Shown here: positions 53,121-64,000 of the stretch, one piece after another | Layout of the letters: each line of letters begins with the position of its first letter | Position numbering within the stretch: position 1 is the stretch's first letter | Assembly (NCBI RefSeq): GCF_001194135.2 | Contig: NC_068985.1 | Span: 22,176,632-22,240,631 of the forward strand | DNA: 64,000 bases | From: Octopus bimaculoides | Taxonomy: Eukaryota | Direction: 5' to 3' | Notes under the pieces: model-generated | Told to the model about the DNA's origin: nothing | Database searches by the model: none | The model's input: the letters and a program-made list of their open reading frames with translations, nothing else | Translations under genes and position numbers: made by a program

Positions 53121-53264
53121 AATTCCTCATCTCAGAGATATAGGATTATATATATAGTTTTGAGTCTGACAAGTCACCGATACTGCTAAGCACTTTATAG
53201 GTGAGAAACCAATGGTCATCCTATGACTGGCCATAACATTTAACTCCCTAAAACTATATATATA

Positions 53265-54070
53265 TGAGTGGCTGTGTGATAAAAAGCTTGCTTCTCAAAC
53301 ACATGGTTCCAGGTTCAGTCCCACTGCATGGCACCTTGGGCAAGTGTCTTTTATTATAGCCTTGGGCCGACCAAAACCTTGAGTGGATTTGGTAAATGGA
53401 AACTGAAAGAAGCCCGTCATGTATGTATGTATATATGTATGAATGTATGTATGTATGTGTGTGTCTGTGTTTGCCCTGCCCCATCACCATCACTTGACAA
53501 CCAGTGTTGGTGTGTTTACATCCCCATAACTTAGTGGTTCAGTAAAAGAGACTAAAAGAGTAAGTACTACGCTTACAAAGAATAAGTCCTGGGGTCAATT
53601 TTATAGAATAAAGGCAGTGCTCCAGCATGGCCAGTCAAATGACTGAAACAAATAAAAGAATAAAAATTTTTTTAAATATATATGTATATATAGGCATAGG
53701 AGTGGCTGTGTGGTAAGTAGCTTGCTTATCAACCACATGGTTCCGGGTTTAGTCCCACTGCATAGCACCTTGGGCAAGTGTCTTCTACTATAGCCTCGGG
53801 CCGACCAAAGCCTTGTGAGTGGATTTGGTAGACGGAAACTGAAAGAAACCCGTCGTATATATATATATGTGTGTATGTGTGTATGTTTGTGTGTCTGTGT
53901 TTGTCCCTCGAACATCGCTTGACAACCGATGCTGGTGTGTTTACATACACATAACTTAGCGGTTCGGCAAAAGAGACTGAAAGAATAAGTCCTGGGGTCG
54001 ATTTGCTCGACTAAAGGCGGTGCTCCAGCATGGCCGCAGTCAAATGACTGAAACAAGTAAAAGAGTAAGA
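53265..54070 (+). mobile_element. Two head-to-tail SINE family A copies
   Basis: Heads GAGTGGCTGTGTG...GGTTCAGTCCC at about 53265 and 53700; internal TA/GT microsatellite; GACTGAAACAAGTAAAAGAG tails. A third copy lies at about 55025-55415. Confidence 0.9.
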
Positions 54071-54714
54071 GTATATTAGCTATACTCTACTGTTAGATGA
54101 TGTTCTCTAACGAAATGTACAAAAATGATATAATACCATTTCTTTATGAGGCAGATAAGGTAGTTTGATAGTTAATAATACATCACAATAAAATCACAAT
54201 CTTCAAATAATAGATATCAGCATCAGGAGCATTTACACATTAATCATTGAGGGTCTTATAAATGTAGATGCACAAATAATTGCATTTATAATAAAATATA
54301 AAAACAACTATAATATTTTAGATTGAACTAAAATCAAATAAAATATGATTTTTTTTCTTTTTCTTTCCCTTAACAGAAATACAAATATCTGTAGCATCTT
54401 CATCCAAAGGAATGAGTCAGATATGCCACATGTTGCTATCTTTTACTGCTAGCATTCCAGAAATAAATAGATACAAATCATGCAGACCCTGCTTTAAATT
54501 TTATGATATATCATGTTCTATAAATCCTTTAAGTTAAATATTGCAATTTAGAAATCTGTTAAAGGTGGTAAGAACAAATCTGATTTAATAAGTTATATTA
54601 AAGCATCAGTAACAACAGTAGACATTTTGTTGGGGTAAGGAGTATTGGTAAAAAAAAAATCTTAAATGAATTAATTTCCATATTTTGCTTGCTGTTAGTC
54701 ATCGTCATACTGAC

Positions 54715-54763
54715 CAGCAACAAAATCAGCCTTGTCAAAATGTATATCCATATCCATGATCAT
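54715..54763 (-). CDS. Candidate first coding segment (MIMDMDIHFDKADFVA)
   Basis: Donor CTG|gtcagt in phase 1 matches exon 50698. The strong upstream acceptor (exon start 54940) would include two in-frame TAA, so ATG 54763 is the likely start; weaker internal acceptors could extend the frame upstream. Confidence 0.4.
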
Positions 54764-55124
54764 GCAGCATTTATAACAATGAGCAAAGATCTTAGCATAT
54801 ATAGTTTTGAAAAACTTTACTTCATTTCTCAAACAATATTGATATGCAATAGTAAATTATTTTGTAGAAGATTAAAGTTGAACAATTTTAATAACTAAGA
54901 AATTTTCAGTCACATTATATTCAACATGTATGCTATTCAGCTGTAAAAATCTTTTAGATTTTTACAATTGAATAACATACATGGTGATTATCAAAATTTA
55001 TATCAATCAATCAAATCCATCATCACAGGCATGGGTGTGTAGTTAAGAAGTTCATTTTGCATCCACATGGTTTTAGGTTCAGTCTCACTCTATAGCAACT
55101 TGAACAAGTGTCTTCTACTATAGC

Positions 55125-55189
<65 letters not shown>

Positions 55190-55772
55190 TATGTCTATGT
55201 GGGTGTGTCTTTGTGTCTGTATTCCTCTACCCCTTCTACCTAACAACCAGTGTTAGTTTATTTACATTCCTGTAACTTAGTGGTTCAGCAAAGGTGGCTG
55301 ATAAAATAATTACCAGATTTTTTTTTTAAATATAAGTACTGGGGTCAACTAAAAAATCCCCTTCAAGATGGTGCCCCAGCATGGCCGCAATCCAATGACT
55401 GAAACAAGTAAAAGGTAAACTATATTTATTTCTCCATGTTAGGTATGAGTAGAATTGATTTGCAACTCAAAACCTGTTTATGCCTTGATTCAGTGTCATT
55501 TTTATCTGTAAAACCCAACACTCCAAATGTTCTCCTTTTAAGATCTCCTCTGTCTGCTCTTAGCTTGTCTTTCAGCATTCATTTATTGTTATCTATAAAC
55601 TGAATTTGATTATAAAACAACATCTACCTAACCATAATTACAGAACATTTGCTGGAAAGATGGATATCTCATTTTTTATAAAACATTTTGGACAGATTTT
55701 AATGAAAAATGTCCCTTAAAGAAATGAACTGAGACAGTTTAGATTCATGAATTCTGAAGCTTACAGCACTTG

Positions 55773-55824
<52 letters not shown>

Positions 55825-57153
55825 TAATAATAATAAACGAGACATTCGTAAACATGGTTTTGAGAGGAAAAATGTGTAATTTCTGTTGGTGCTTTTATAA
55901 AGAACATTTCAAATAAAAGTTCTTATGATTCATGTTTTATTTTCTAAATTTGACATTTTATAACTATATACCTAATAGTACACAATATAGTTTCTTTCGA
56001 TATAAATATAGCTCAACATTGAAATGTAAATCATATTTTATGAATGCTTACAGTAGCTAACGTAATAGTTCTGACTAAGATATTTTAGTTCAGGTCATAA
56101 TGTGTGTATAAGTTAGAAAAAGCATATGTAAATAAATACATATATACACACAGAATATATCAAAACACACCTACAAATATACAAAGGCAAGTACACAAAG
56201 AACAAGTGAGCTTATTCAAACAACTTATAGTGATTTTTCAACTTGGCACAATCATATTCACACAGTTATTTGGTGTTATATCAGAAAATAAAAAAAAAAT
56301 TTAATAATAATAATAATCTTGTTAATTTGAGTCTTGAGACTATATTTACAAATGACAGTGAATTGGCATGAATATAACAATAAAAGCTTCCAGAAATACC
56401 TTTCATATCAATTCAACCAAAAGTTAAACATGTACTTCTTTCCAAAACGAATAATAACAATAAATAATTTCTTATAAAGATCTACAGAAATTTCTTGATT
56501 AAGAGAATAAGCCAAATGATACTTATCAGGTCACACAAAGACAAGTCAATTAGTTCACAGACACCCACCCACACACACATGAAAACACACTTGTATGGAT
56601 GAAATAATTCCATCACATGTCCTATATGAAATTTTATGATACATATCCTTCTTGAAATTTTATCACAACAAAGTGTCTAGATTTAAGTTATGCAAGCCCC
56701 CACCTATATTTTTTTTTTTTTTTTTTTCTGAGTTGGTAACAAATAGAGTTTGAAGGATATTGTTTTCCTTTATAGGGAAATACTACTTCCGCTTAATTAA
56801 AATACAAACATATCTCAACTTATGTCCTTTTGAGTTACGTCTTTTTGGACTTTGCATAATTTTTAAAAGAAATTAAGGGGGTAAAATAAACTTCAATTTC
56901 AGTTCATTTATCCAATTTACATTAGTCTCAGTGAACATGTTTAAAAGCATTAAAATTTTTAAAAACACACCTAAAAGCCAATACTGACGTGAGAAAATCA
57001 AAATGCATGTTAAAATATGTACAAACAGATATAAGCTAATAAATATTTTAAATGTCTTTTTGTGTTACATTGCTTTTTTTGTTTTGTTTTTTCGTTGAGT
57101 CACATGTTTTGGAACCAATTACCGACTAAGATGAGGAATAGTTTGCAGATATA

Positions 57154-57969
57154 CGAGGTCTGATCAATAAGTATCAGGACTGTTGCCATAGTAAGACAGC
57201 TAAAGCACGCAGAGTCGTTGCTTGACAAAGATCGACCTTGAACTCTGCTGCGTATGTGCTAAGTTTTAATGTTCTAGCTCACTTCCGCTGTTTACAGCAG
57301 TGCTTGTAAGGAAGGTGTGCAACATGTGATCATTGCGTTGTCATGGCAATACCTGCTCAGAGGCCTACACAAAGTTGCAGAAAGTGTATGGAGAGGAGTG
57401 TATAAGCCGCACACAAATGTACAAGTAGTTTAGACGGCCAAAAAAATGTCAATATTGACGAATGTTCTGGGAGACCTGCAACCAGCAGAACTGAGAAAGA
57501 CATTTTATCAGAGTTATCAGAGAATATGCAGATTAGTTACAGTTCAGTTCAGTCCATTATCACTGAAGATTTGAGTATGAGATGCATGTCTGCCAAGTTT
57601 GTGCCAAAACTGCTTTCAGCTAATCAAACAGAGACTCTTGTTTCAGTTGCACAAGATCTCCTTGACTGTGTCAAGGATGATGAAAACTTTTTTAAAACTT
57701 TATGTAGGCCTCTGAGCAGGTATCGCCATGCTTTTGCCAAAATTTGATGCAAATTCTTTGCCCAACTTTCCTTGTCATGGTCAATGCAATGATCACACAC
57801 TACACACCTTCTTCTCAAGCACTGCTGTAAACAGAAGTGAGCTAGAATGTTAAATCTTGGTGTGCATACACAGCAGAGTTCAAGGTTAATTTGTGTCAAG
57901 CGGCTTCACTCTGCATGCTTTAGCTTTGTTACTATGGTAACAGTCCGGATACTTATTGATCAAACCACG
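57154..57969 (+). mobile_element. Mariner derivative made of two inverted left ends
   Basis: TA at both sides; TIR CGAGGTCTGATCAATAAGTATC; transposase N-terminal remnant ...EDLSMRCMSAKFVPKLL...; 57696-57969 is an inverted copy of the 5' end. Confidence 0.9.
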
Positions 57970-58179
57970 TACATGTAAACATTTTACACTGAGTATTCAA
58001 GTACATCACCATCATAGTCATCATTCCATGCCTATTTTTCCAAAATGGCATGGGTTAGTGCATTTCACAGTATTATGTGACAAATACATCAACAAGAAAA
58101 AGTAGCCAACTCTATTTTCAGTGTCTATCATGTTAGCTTTGGGGTAGATTTTATGGCTAGATACGTCTCCTATCACCAA

Positions 58180-58238
<59 letters not shown>

Positions 58239-59019
58239 GCAAACAAATAAAACATATTACCTACAATTTCTGTCTACCAAATTCAATCTGAAGACATTGG
58301 TCAGGCCCAAGGCTATAGGCTATAGAAGACACTTGCCCAATGTGTCACACAGTGAGACTGATATAGAACCATGTCAGCTTGTTAACCACACAGTGACATA
58401 TTTTATATTCTGGTGGCACATAAAAAGCATCCAGCACGCTCAGTAAAGTGGGTGGAGTTAGGAAGGGCATTCACAACCATATGTGCATGACATACTGATC
58501 TCATATCAAAATGAACAGTGCATGACCTTGCAGGTGAGGCTTTGTTAGAATTTTCTTCAGGTCAAGTATCCCATTCAAAAGGTCCCTGAATAATGTTTGT
58601 TTAAGGATGATGAACAAAACACCCAAGTTTCCTGAGGTGAATTATTCAAACCCCAAAGAATTCCTCTCAACACTACTTCTGCTCGTGATCAGAGATGCAC
58701 ATATCGTCAACCACTAAGGGACATGCTCANNNNNNNNNNNNNNNNNNNNNNNNNNNNNNNNNNNNNNNNNNNNNNNNNNNNNNNNNNNNNNNNNNNNNNN
58801 NNNNNNNNNNNNNNNNNNNNNNNNNNNNNNNNNNNNNNNNNNNNNNNNNNNNNNNNNNNNNNNNNNNNNNNNNNNNNNNNNNNNNNNNNNNNNNNNNNNN
58901 NNNNNNNNNNNNNNNNNNNNNNNNNNNNNNNNNNNNNNNNNNNNNNNNNNNNNNNNNNNNNNNNNNNNNNNNNNNNNNNNNNNNNNNNNNNNNNNNNNNN
59001 NNNNNNNNNNNNNNNNNNN

Positions 59020-59060
<41 letters not shown>

Positions 59061-59063
<3 letters not shown>

Positions 59064-59430
59064 TCTGCCTTATTGAAGGTGGAGGTATTGTTTTCAGTCA
59101 TATTTGTTTGTTTGTTTGTTTGTCCATGGACAAGATACCTCAAGAACCGCTAGATGGATTCAGATGAAACTTTCAGGGATGTTTGGCCTTGTGACTGGTA
59201 TGAACTGATTAGATTTTGGGATCGATCCAGTACCAGACAAGGATTCTGGATTATTTTTCCTGTATTTTTCCTTAATTTTTGAGAGCGGTCGGGTTCGTTT
59301 TTAGTATTCTCGTTTGTGAGAGCAGTTGAATTTATTTCAGATATTCTCATCTTAAAAATTATCTCTGGCTAATCGTTGAGAGGACGTTGGTGTTGCCTTG
59401 GCAGAGGTTTGTGCTCTCTGAGTTCTCGTT
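59061..59430 (+). mobile_element. HINE/DINE-1-like Helentron-associated element
   Basis: 5' subterminal ACCTCTGCC with a nearby partner AAGGTGGAGGT, (GTTT)n microsatellite, 3' GGCAGAGGT (59400-59408) and a short terminal stem; sits in a T-rich microsatellite. Confidence 0.7.
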
Positions 59431-59453
59431 GTTATTATTATTATTATTATTAT

Positions 59454-59491
<38 letters not shown>

Positions 59492-60779
59492 AGGAATATT
59501 CCACCACCAACCACCATTACTCCAAAAAAGAAAAAGAAAAGGCAGATTAGTGCTTAGTGACCAATAGTTGGCAACAGAAATCAGAAATATTATAAGAAAG
59601 GTAAATGCAAAAAATTAGAAATACTAACAAAAAGGTAGACAAGAAAATTAGATTTATTTAGCCAAGAAATAAACTATGAGTAAGTGGTTTGTTTACATAC
59701 TGTACCATGAGGATGAAAAAACATGAAGTATTTCAAATTACAAGACAGTGTGTTTGTATGAATTAAGAAGAGTGTGTCCAAACAAGACTATTCTGTACAT
59801 TCTCATAAGACAGTGATAAGAAAGAAGAAGCAAAGGAATATTACTTTGGGATTTAGTTGAATTAAAAATATGAATGGGATAACATAAAAAAGAAAACACT
59901 ATCCCCAATAGAACTAACATAAGGTCTAGCCTTAGAAGCTAGCTCACTCATAGTTAGTGAAGCAATTACAAAGATAAAGTTAGGCCCATCAGAGATGTTG
60001 GTGAGATGTTAAAAGCATGTTGATCAGACAGTTAATCATGCACTGAAGTAAGATGCCATCCCTAATTACTAGCTGAGTAGTATCATCATCTACAATTATA
60101 AAAGTGAAAAAGATGCACTAGAGAGGGAAAAGTACTGAAACCTCAAACTGGTGTATCAAGATTTGAACATAGGTGTGAGTGCCCTTAAAAGTTGTTCAGA
60201 ATAAGGATAACTCAAGTTTGTATAAATAAATATAATCACAGTCATGAGAGAAATTCTTGTCTTTGCTTTGCTGTGTGACTAAGAAGCATACTTCCCAACC
60301 AGGTGGTGTCAGGTACAGTTCCACAGCCTGGCACTTTGAGAAAATGTTTTGAACCATAGTCCTGAGTCAACCAAAGCCTTGTGAGTGGATTTGGTAGACA
60401 AAAACTAAAAGAAATCCATCATATGTGAGTGTGTGGATAAGAAGGTATGTGTTTCTTTGTTTTGATATCATGGTATAGTTATAAACAAGCATTACCATCA
60501 TAAAAGTGAAGGCCACAATGAAATATAACCTTGCTTAGAAACAGGAAGTGCATCTGGCCATAGAAAATCTACCTCAACAAATTCCATCTGACCTATGCAA
60601 ACATGGAAAAGTGGGAGCACTGATAAAGATGATGATGATGCATCCATCCACCAAGAAGATCTTTCACAAGACTTCATGCTCTGTTATCTCATTGACACTG
60701 AGAAAACTAGAGGTGCATGATTGGTTAAAGGGCATTCAACCCATGTACAAAGATGTAGTAAGAAAGGTCTTTGCCTTCA

Positions 60780-61600
60780 TTCCCCTTCAGTTTATTAGAG
60801 TTCTTGAAGTAATAATACTTTCATATGCTGATGACTTACTTGTGAATGTAGAATCAGTTGAACAGTTGCAGGAGAATATCCAAACCTTAACAAAATAGTA
60901 TAGACTCGAAAAGCATAGCAAAGACAGAAATTATATTTAGTAATAGAGAACACAGAGTAACATATGAGAAGTGATCTTGAAATGCAGTAGGATGTGGGTA
61001 AAAATAAATACTGTGTACTTGATGCAAGCAATAATTACACAAAAGATGCAATAAGAGCTCTGGAAGATGGACAGTGAACTAGGATTTATATATCAGCCAG
61101 ATGCACAAGAGTAGTTAGCAGTAGAGTCACATATGAACTGTTCATATGACTCATTAAAATATAATTTCTGTTACCTAGGTGACCTAATTAGTGATAAAAA
61201 AAAAAAAGAGAAAACAAAGGAGGATTGAAAGAATTCATAGAGTTGTTACCTTTGTTGGCAACAAAAGATACTTCTGTCTTGTGTTGCAAAGCAGAGCAGA
61301 CTATGCATAAAGAATGGGTATTGACTAGGAAAGATCTTTATGCGGACTGGAGAGAAATAATTCAGATATGGTTATTTGATTGACTAAGATTAATGTGCAT
61401 GAACGGTTAAATGAAAAATTAACTGAGAGAGCAAGTGGACATAAAAGCACCAGTTAATGTATATTAGAGAGACAGTTGTAGCTGAATGGATAAGTAATGC
61501 TGCTGAACAATGTGTGTTAAGTTTAAAAGTTGCTGTGTGCTAACAGTAGAAAATGACCAAAGACATGAGGGAAAAAAATGGTGAGGTCAGCTCTTAGGAT
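60780..61600 (+). mobile_element. Decayed RTE LINE RT/C-terminal region
   Basis: SYADDLLV catalytic motif, CYLGDLI and ELLPLLATK remnants. Confidence 0.75.
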
Positions 61601-61637
61601 TATGTCACAGGATTGATCAGAGTGACATCATACTGCA

Positions 61638-61856
61638 AAGGCAGCGAGCTGGCAGAAACGTTAGCATGCCGGGCAAAATACTTAGCGATATTTCGTCTGT
61701 CTTTATGTTCTGAGTTCAAATTCTACCGAGGTCAACTTTGCCTTTCATCCTTTCGGGATCAATAAATTAAGTACCAGTTGCATATTGGGATTGATGTAAT
61801 CGACTGACCCCCTCCCCCAAAATTTCGGACCTTCTGCCTTGAGTATAAAAGAATAT
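61638..61856 (+). mobile_element. SINE family B
   Basis: Full length; 11-bp TSD ATCATA(C/T)TGCA. Confidence 0.9.
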
Positions 61857-61898
61857 ATCATATTGCATATCCAACTATTTCCAAGTTGGCAATCTCAC

Positions 61899-61907
61899 CA
61901 TTGCCAA
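61899..61907 (-). other. Candidate 9-nt microexon TTGGCAATG inside a perfect 16-bp hairpin
   Basis: Branch-like TTAAC about 25 nt upstream, acceptor gttgtttctttttccaag, donor ATG|gtgaga. Confidence 0.45.
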
Positions 61908-62094
61908 CTTGGAAAAAGAAACAACATAACGTTAATGATGATATTGATAACAAAAGAATAAGATAATTTCCATTTAATATAATTTTAAAATATATAAGAT
62001 TTATTAATTTAAGTTTTCTTTCGTGTATCTCAACGCTTTAAATAAAAATCATTTTCCGAATTTCTGTAGTATATAGTTCCTTCCAAGCAAAACC

Positions 62095-62222
62095 ACAACA
62101 AAAGCAGCCAATAAGTACTAGGCTTACAAAGAATAAGTCCTGGGGTTGATTTGCTTGACTAAAGGTGGTGCTCCAGCATGGCCGCAGTCAAATGATTGAA
62201 ACAAGTAAAAGAGTAAAAAAAA
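62095..62222 (+). mobile_element. SINE family A 3' fragment
   Basis: AATAAGTACTAGGCTTACAAAGAATAAGTCCTGGGG...GAAACAAGTAAAAGAG. Confidence 0.85.
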
Positions 62223-64000
62223 GAAGAGTATGTGTGTGAAAAAGCACAAGATCATATTAAAATATCCATGGGAAACAAACTGATTAATTTACTGCACCTA
62301 CACAGTCAGTCATATATCAAGCCACTTATTTTCCAAAGACAGAGTTGCACAAAGCTTGTAACATGTTTAATTTTTCAATTAATCTTTTTAAAGTAAAAAA
62401 TTAAGCTCTTTTCATTTAACTTTATTACTTGCACAGAGAATTATGTGGCAGCAATTCTTCCAATTATCTTATAAGACAGCAAAACTGTCTGCCAAGGCCT
62501 AATAACTAGCAACACTTAACTTATTACTAAAGGCTACGTGTCACAAATAAACAAGCATTAGTTTTGTGGAAAAAGTTTGATGACAAGACTGTCTCATTAT
62601 ATGAGCAGTGACTGTATGTTCTTTTATGTGAATTATTGCTAATTAGAAGCTCCTTATAAGGAGCTAAATACTTTTGACTTTTGAAGACAACAAAATAGGT
62701 CAATGGATTTCTACAGTGCTAAACTATTGCAATCAATTTAAAGGCTGGCATTATGTAGAGTGTACCAAATCCCATCCCACCCAAATGTGACATGCCATTT
62801 GAACAGATCCACATTTGGAGGAAGTCAGAAAAATGTTTAATGAGAAAAAATAAAGTGTATTTTCATGAAGATTTAATCTCTCTGAATTTATAGAGTAAAA
62901 TATTGCAGATAATGTATTTAATGTGCATATCATAAATAAAGATGGTATGATTAAATAGATTAACTTTCATATCATTGCCATCATTTTGTTCATTTTCCTG
63001 GAATGTAATAGATGTTGAAATGCAGTCAAATTCTATGTACTTTGAATATACATATTCCACTCTGTGTATCCCAACATTTCAAGTTTGATTTAACAACATC
63101 TGAGATCTTCTTTGGTTAACTCTATTACATGTGTTGCCTCCTACCAATGCAAGGCATTTCGTTTATCAGCATGCACTATTCCTTTTAATCATATGTCCTT
63201 AGGAAATGCCTTTAAATTTACTGATGCTCAACCTGTTTTACTAAGACAACACAGTTCATTCATTACATCATACTCAACTTATAAATTGCCAATCACTACA
63301 TATATTATACTTCCAATATCAGGTTGTCACAGCAACATGAATTACATTTCTTATACACATTGAATATTTCTGCCTTTTATATGAAGAAATGAAACTCTTA
63401 TCAAAAGTTAGTGTTTAGTGATTAGAAAGAGTATCCAAAGAGTACAATTAATAGTGCAATCAATGCACTGAAAATATCCATTAAAAAAAAACGTTAGCAA
63501 AGAAAAATTAATGTTAAACTATAAAAAGGTAAAGTTATTTCTTTAAAATCAATGGGTTCATGTCTTCTTGGCTTTAAAAATTCAGACATTACTAATTAAG
63601 TTCTTTATATTATTCAAATTACTTCATATTATTTCAATTTAATTTTGAAGAAAGCAAGATAAAAAAAACACATTAATGTCAATAATTAAACAAATCAATA
63701 AAGAGAAAATAGATTTTCCATTTCGCTGGTTTTCACATGTAAAATATATACTTTTATCATGAAAAGGGTGGTGAGTGGCAGACACCGTAGCATGTCAGAT
63801 TAAATGCTTTGGCATATTTAGTAACATATTTTTACATTTTAAGTTCATATCCTGCTGTGATTCATGTTCATCCTTCCAGAAATTCAATGACATAAATACT
63901 AGTCGAATAATGAGGACACTACTCAACTATTCCTCCCTCAAAATATGAGGCTTCTGTCTTTATTAAAAAAAATCAATATTTTTATTGGTAAATCATATTT

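Noticed and set aside
53601-54056. 151-aa ORF and similar ORFs at 15970, 18658, 22778 and 39413
   Set aside because: Antisense translation of SINEs and CA/TA microsatellites.
62990-63330. Possible LINE endonuclease remnant on the minus strand
   Set aside because: Similarity is too weak and interrupted by many stops to list as a feature.

Overview
Eukaryotic, very AT-rich and mostly intronic or intergenic DNA from a gapped draft assembly (8 N-gaps). The SINE families, RTE LINE remnants and CA/TA/CAT/TAT microsatellites point to an Octopus genome; this is inferred from repeat content and not verified. Nearly all ORFs in the six-frame track are artefacts of gaps, microsatellites or repeats. Recognisable content: (1) dozens of SINE copies in about five families, many with target-site duplications (TSDs); (2) decayed RTE and CR1-like LINEs; (3) DNA transposon relics (pogo/Tigger, DD37D maT, a mariner built from two left ends, TTAA-bounded MITEs, Helentron/HINE-like elements); (4) candidate small exons on the minus strand. 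Five of these (54.7, 50.7, 49.7, 45.8, 43.5 kb) splice in frame into an unrecognised 130-aa ORF, and further phase-compatible candidates run down to about 8 kb. The most interesting signal is splice sites coinciding with perfect hairpins: a 9-nt microexon inside a 16-bp stem at 61.9 kb and a palindromic donor at 31.7 kb. There is also a 4-nt microexon or recursive splice site, a duplicated acceptor and several long intronic inverted repeats, suggesting possible RNA-structure or ADAR-gated splicing. The gene models are manual, have no homology support, and chance GT-AG matches are common at this base composition.
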